From Bacteroidota bacterium (GTDB taxonomy: Bacteria; Bacteroidota; Ignavibacteria; Kapaibacteriales; Kapaibacteriaceae): a stretch of 64,000 nucleotides of DNA. The stretch covers positions 887,728 to 951,727 of the forward strand of contig JAFDZT010000004.1 of assembly GCA_018266735.1 (NCBI GenBank), given 5' to 3'. A program made the translations under genes and the position numbers. How positions within the stretch are numbered: position 1 is the stretch's first letter; each line of letters starts with the position of its first letter. The notes beneath the pieces were generated by a model, which was not told where the DNA came from, ran no database searches, and saw only the letters and a program-made list of their open reading frames with translations. This document shows positions 60,264-64,000 of this stretch, one piece after another.

Positions 60264-61033
60264 TGCGCGTCACCCGCTCCATCGTCCCCAACCTCTTCAC
60301 CCTTGCCAACCTCTTTTGTGGCTTCGCCGCCATCATTGCGGCCCTCGAGAACAGCATCGAACGTGCGGCCTTCCTGATCTTGCTCTCCGGCATCTTCGAT
60401 GCTCTGGATGGCGTGGTGGCGCGGCTCACACGGAGTGCGAGCGAGTTCGGTGTGGAGCTCGATTCATTGTGCGATGCCGTCTCATTCGGCGTTGCGCCCT
60501 CGGTGGTCCTCTACATGGCCTTCTTCCATGCGATGGGCAATTGGGGTCAGCTCCTTGCCTCCCTTCCCGCCCTTGCCGGTGTGCTCCGCCTTGCCCGCTT
60601 CAACGTGCAGCTCACGAGTCTGGAAGACAAGCAGTACTTCCGCGGCATGCCCATTCCGGCCGGCGCCTTTGCCATTCTCTCCTACGTGGTCTTCGTCCAC
60701 CCCTCCGATGCCATTGCGGCCGAGTGGAAGCCGATGGCCATCATCCTGGTGACCGCTCTCGTCTCCCTGGCCATGGTGAGCACGATCAAGTACGACAATC
60801 TGCCGCGCCCGACGCTGGGCGCCATCCGTCAACGCCCAATCATATTTGTCGTATTTTTGACCGGTGTCGTGGGCTCTCTGTTCTCGAAGGGCTTGCTGGT
60901 CTTCCCCTTCATGGCCTTGTACATGATCGGCGGTGCGATCCGTCAGGCGATCTCCCTGATGCGCGCGCGCAGAGACGACAACGAAGAGTCAGACACCGTA
61001 GAAGAACCCGATCCGGATCCCTTCGATCTTTAA
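60263..61033 (+). CDS. pssA: CDP-diacylglycerol--serine O-phosphatidyltransferase
   Basis: ATG 60263 within track ORF 60221..61033. CDP-alcohol phosphatidyltransferase motif DALDGVVARLTRSASEFGVELDSLCD. Multi-TM. Confidence 0.9.
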   Translation: MRVTRSIVPNLFTLANLFCGFAAIIAALENSIERAAFLILLSGIFDALDGVVARLTRSASEFGVELDSLCDAVSFGVAPSVVLYMAFFHAMGNWGQLLASLPALAGVLRLARFNVQLTSLEDKQYFRGMPIPAGAFAILSYVVFVHPSDAIAAEWKPMAIILVTALVSLAMVSTIKYDNLPRPTLGAIRQRPIIFVVFLTGVVGSLFSKGLLVFPFMALYMIGGAIRQAISLMRARRDDNEESDTVEEPDPDPFDL

Positions 61034-61049
61034 CCGTGTGAACATCCCC

Positions 61050-61325
61050 ATGAAGACCTATACGGCCCATGTGACCGTTTCCCTCCGCCGTGCCATTCTC
61101 GATGTCCAAGGCAAGACGGTCGAACGCGCACTGCACTCTCTGCACATGCCGGCACTGTCGAACGTGCGCATCGGCAAATACGTCGAGCTCACCGTTCAGG
61201 CGCCCGACGAGGACCGTGCACGGGAACTCGTGGATGATGCATGTAAGAAATTGCTTTCCAATCCGGTGATGGAAGACTATTCGTTCCGGTTGGAAGAGCG
61301 CGTTGCCAGCGGAGCAGTGGCATGA
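61050..61325 (+). CDS. purS: Phosphoribosylformylglycinamidine synthase subunit PurS
   Basis: ATG 61050 gives MKTYTAHVTVSLRRAILDVQGKTVERALHSL. About 91 aa, overlapping the purQ start. Confidence 0.9.
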   Translation: MKTYTAHVTVSLRRAILDVQGKTVERALHSLHMPALSNVRIGKYVELTVQAPDEDRARELVDDACKKLLSNPVMEDYSFRLEERVASGAVA

Positions 61326-62011
61326 ACATTGGAGTTGTGACCTTTCCGGGAAGTAACTGCAATGCGGACGCAGAGTTCGCCGCAGCGCTCGACGGATCGA
61401 CGGTGCATCGGCTGTGGCATAAGGACACGACGCTCCCGTCGGCCCTCGATGCCATCATCCTTCCCGGCGGCTTCAGTTATGGCGACTACCTCCGCACCGG
61501 CGCTATCGCTCGCTTCTCGCCCATCATGCAGGAAGTGATCGGCTTTGCCAACAAGGGCGGCATCGTGATGGGCATCTGCAACGGATTTCAGATCCTCACC
61601 GAATGCGGACTCTTGCCCGGCGCGTTGATCCGCAACGCCAATCTGAGCTTCGTCTGCAAGGACGTCTACCTTCGCGTCGAGAACGCCGAGACGAGCTTCA
61701 CGCGCAGCACCACGAAGAACAGTGTGCTCCGCATTCCCATTGCCCACGGAGAAGGCAGATACACCGCCCCTCCCGAGGTGATCGACGAACTTGAATCCGA
61801 TCAACGCGTGGTCTTCCGCTACGTGACCCCTGCCGGCGACGATGCTCCCGAAGCGAATCCGAACGGTAGCCTTCACAACATTGCGGGTATCTTGAACAAG
61901 GCAGGGAACGTGATGGGTCTGATGCCCCATCCCGAACGCGCTGCGGACCCGCTGAACGGATCGACAGACGGTCTGTCCGTATTCACCAGTATTGCACTTT
62001 CGCGGAGTTAA
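61322..62011 (+). CDS. purQ: Phosphoribosylformylglycinamidine synthase glutaminase subunit PurQ
   Basis: 229 aa. [35 protein letters not shown], and MGLMPHPER. Confidence 0.95.
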   Translation: MNIGVVTFPGSNCNADAEFAAALDGSTVHRLWHKDTTLPSALDAIILPGGFSYGDYLRTGAIARFSPIMQEVIGFANKGGIVMGICNGFQILTECGLLPGALIRNANLSFVCKDVYLRVENAETSFTRSTTKNSVLRIPIAHGEGRYTAPPEVIDELESDQRVVFRYVTPAGDDAPEANPNGSLHNIAGILNKAGNVMGLMPHPERAADPLNGSTDGLSVFTSIALSRS

Positions 62012-62013
62012 TC

Positions 62014-62184
62014 ATGCCAAGCCTAGGAATGCCCGAGCTGTTGCTGATCGCCTTGGTCATCGTTGTCTTGTTCGGCGCCAAGCGCATCCCCGATCTGATG
62101 AAGGGTCTTGGTTCCGGTATCAAGGAATTCAAGAAGGCGGCAAGTGGCGAGGATGAGAAGCCGACAGAAAAGAAGCCCGAGTGA
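62014..62184 (+). CDS. tatA: Twin-arginine translocase TatA/E-family protein
   Basis: 56-aa ORF below the track cutoff, hand translated: [56 protein letters not shown]. Confidence 0.9.
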   Translation: MPSLGMPELLLIALVIVVLFGAKRIPDLMKGLGSGIKEFKKAASGEDEKPTEKKPE

Positions 62185-62217
62185 TCGTGTTGATCGTTCC
62201 CCTTTTGCAGGTGTACC

Positions 62218-62487
62218 GTGTTTGACGTAGGCGGCGGCGAACTCCTGCTGATCCTTCTGGCCGTCCTCTTGCTCTTCGGACCAAAGAAGATCCCTGAAGT
62301 TGCCCAGATGGTGGGCAAAGGCATCAGGCAGTTTCGTAAAGCTCAAGAAGATCTCACCCAACAGATCCGCGACATCAGCGCAGAGACAGCGTCGATCGTC
62401 GAGGAGCCCGTGCGTGTGAAACCGGAATTGCGAAGTGAAGAAAGAAGAAAAGAAAGTGACGAGTTACAAGTGACGAGTGACGAGTGA
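62218..62487 (+). CDS. Second Tat-family protein with a TatB-like N-terminus
   Basis: 89 aa with a GTG start. MFDVGGGELLLILLAVLLLFGPKKIPEVAQMVGKGIRQFRKAQ. The last codons (LQVTSDE) and the stop are encoded by a heptamer array. Confidence 0.8.
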   Translation: MFDVGGGELLLILLAVLLLFGPKKIPEVAQMVGKGIRQFRKAQEDLTQQIRDISAETASIVEEPVRVKPELRSEERRKESDELQVTSDE

Positions 62488-62493
62488 CAAGTA
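62456..62493 (+). repeat. Heptamer array, about 5.4 units
   Basis: gtgacga gttacaa gtgacga gtgacga gtgacaa gta read directly. It spans the TatB-like stop and ends 5 nt before the gatA ATG. Confidence 0.95.
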
Positions 62494-62497
62494 CCCT

Positions 62498-63913
62498 ATG
62501 ACGTATCATCAAGACCGATTTGCGTTCAACGACGGAAGCACCACGGTACGTGAGAAGCTCGACGAGTTTCTTGCGCGTATCGAAGAGCGCTCTGCATTGA
62601 ATGCCTTCATCACGGTGGATGCCGACGGGGCACGCGCGCGCAGTGCGGAAAGTGATGAGCGGTTCACCACCGGCTTGATGCGTCCGTTGGAAGGGATGAC
62701 CATTGCCGTCAAGGACAACATCAGTGTGCGCGGCATGCGCATGACGTGTGCGTCGAAGATCCTCGAGAACTTCCGTCCCGTCTACGATGCCACGATCATC
62801 GAGCGACTGAACAATGCCGGTGCCGTGATCATCGGCAAGACGAACATGGATGAGTTCGCCATGGGCTCCTCCAATGAGACCTCTGCCTTCGGTCCGGTGC
62901 TCCACCCCATCGATCCCACGCTGGTTCCCGGTGGATCGAGTGGCGGCTCGGCCGTATCGGTCGCCGCCGGGCTCTGTCATGCCGCCCTTGGCAGCGACAC
63001 CGGCGGATCGATCCGTCAACCCGCGGCCTTCTGCGGCGTTGTCGGTTTCAAGCCCACCTACGGCACCGTGTCACGCTATGGCTTGACGGCCTTCGCATCA
63101 TCCCTCGACCAGATCGGAACGTTCACACGCACCGTGGAAGACACGGCGGCCGTGTTCGATGCGATCTGCGGACATGATCCGATGGACAGCACGTCGGCAC
63201 CGCGCACCTATCCCTCGAGCATTGCCGCCCTGACCGATCCCTTGCCGGATCCGTTGCGCATTGGCGTGTTGCCCGAGTCGGACCTTGAAGGTTGCGATCA
63301 CGATGTGATCCTTGCGTATCGCGCAACGATCGAACGCTTGCGAGCCTTGGGTGCAACGATCAACGAAGTCACGTTGCCGCACCGCGATGTGTGGATCCCA
63401 ACGTACTTCATCCTTGCAACGGCCGAAGCATCGTCCAACCTTGCTCGGTTCGATGGCGTCCGCTATGGTTATCGCGCCGAAGCAACAAGTGAAGATGTGA
63501 TGGTGGCGGCGCGTACACAAGGGTTTGGGACAGAAGTGAAGCGACGCATCATGCTGGGCACCTACGTGCTCTCCAGCGGCTATTACGATGCCTATTACAC
63601 GAAGGCGCAACAGGCACGGCGACTGATCAGCGAGGCGTATGCGTCGATCTTCGCGAGCCACCACGCCATGCTCATGCCCACCACACCCACCACGGCCTTC
63701 GAGCGTGGTGCCAAGAACAACGACCCTGTGGCGATGTGGCTCAGCGATCTCTTTACCGTAAGTGCGAACATCGCCGGCATCCCCGCCATCAGCATCCCTT
63801 CGGGCTCCGATGCAAAGGGACTCCCCATTGGCATGCAGCTCCAGGCCGGCATGTTCCAGGATGCGCTCCTGCTGCGGATCGCAGCGGCTGTTGAGGCAAG
63901 CTTCGCAGGGTAA
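62498..63913 (+). CDS. gatA: Glutamyl-tRNA(Gln) amidotransferase subunit A
   Basis: ATG 62498 within track ORF 62477..63913. Amidase signature GGSSGGSAVSVAAGLCHAALGSDTGGSIRQPAAFCGVVGFKPTYG. Confidence 0.95.
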   Translation: MTYHQDRFAFNDGSTTVREKLDEFLARIEERSALNAFITVDADGARARSAESDERFTTGLMRPLEGMTIAVKDNISVRGMRMTCASKILENFRPVYDATIIERLNNAGAVIIGKTNMDEFAMGSSNETSAFGPVLHPIDPTLVPGGSSGGSAVSVAAGLCHAALGSDTGGSIRQPAAFCGVVGFKPTYGTVSRYGLTAFASSLDQIGTFTRTVEDTAAVFDAICGHDPMDSTSAPRTYPSSIAALTDPLPDPLRIGVLPESDLEGCDHDVILAYRATIERLRALGATINEVTLPHRDVWIPTYFILATAEASSNLARFDGVRYGYRAEATSEDVMVAARTQGFGTEVKRRIMLGTYVLSSGYYDAYYTKAQQARRLISEAYASIFASHHAMLMPTTPTTAFERGAKNNDPVAMWLSDLFTVSANIAGIPAISIPSGSDAKGLPIGMQLQAGMFQDALLLRIAAAVEASFAG

Positions 63914-64000
63914 CACGACAATGATAGCGCGGTCGCACGTAGGAGAAGGGTCCCAGAACTCTGAGGAAGCCGGTGTTGGAATCCAACGAACACATTGAAC

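Noticed and set aside
63914-64000. A possible gene or RNA start in the last 87 nt after gatA.
   Set aside because: The stretch is too short to judge, and no recognisable motif or tRNA-like structure is present.

Overview
Hand annotation only, with no searches. Repeat coordinates were counted by eye and may be off by 1-2 nt. This is a 64-kb chromosomal window from a moderately high-G+C bacterium that looks like a member of the FCB group (Bacteroidota/Ignavibacteriota/Chlorobiota-like). That placement is an inference from several T9SS-type C-terminal sorting domains, ECF sigma/anti-sigma pairs, many lipoproteins and BNR propellers. Housekeeping genes: mitochondrial-type aconitase, an MltD-like LysM lytic transglycosylase, an NDP-sugar pyrophosphorylase, metK-ahcY, dnaN-recF-DUF721-gyrB, psd-pssA, purS-purQ, tatA plus a TatB-like gene, and gatA. 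Accessory content: vapBC; three paralogous TPR + class III nucleotidyl cyclase genes, two of which bracket an MbnP/MbnH-like pair; two diverged copies of a four-gene module (ECF sigma, anti-sigma, T9SS cargo, OmpA-like); an eRF1-like (baeRF-type) protein; BNR/Asp-box proteins; an arylsulfatase; a TPR-LuxR regulator; a lower-G+C insert encoding a PD-(D/E)xK + DUF2075 P-loop helicase fusion; and a second AT-rich ~2-kb island with almost no convincing ORFs but several intrinsic-terminator-like hairpins. The most unusual signal is non-genic. Short tandem-repeat arrays sit exactly at gene boundaries: eight arrays of the 7-bp unit GT[G/T]AC[A/G]A, plus distinct 7-, 11- and 12-bp arrays. They are often in inverted pairs, and several supply the stop codon of the abutting gene. 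I recognised no rRNA, tRNA, CRISPR array, transposase or integrase.
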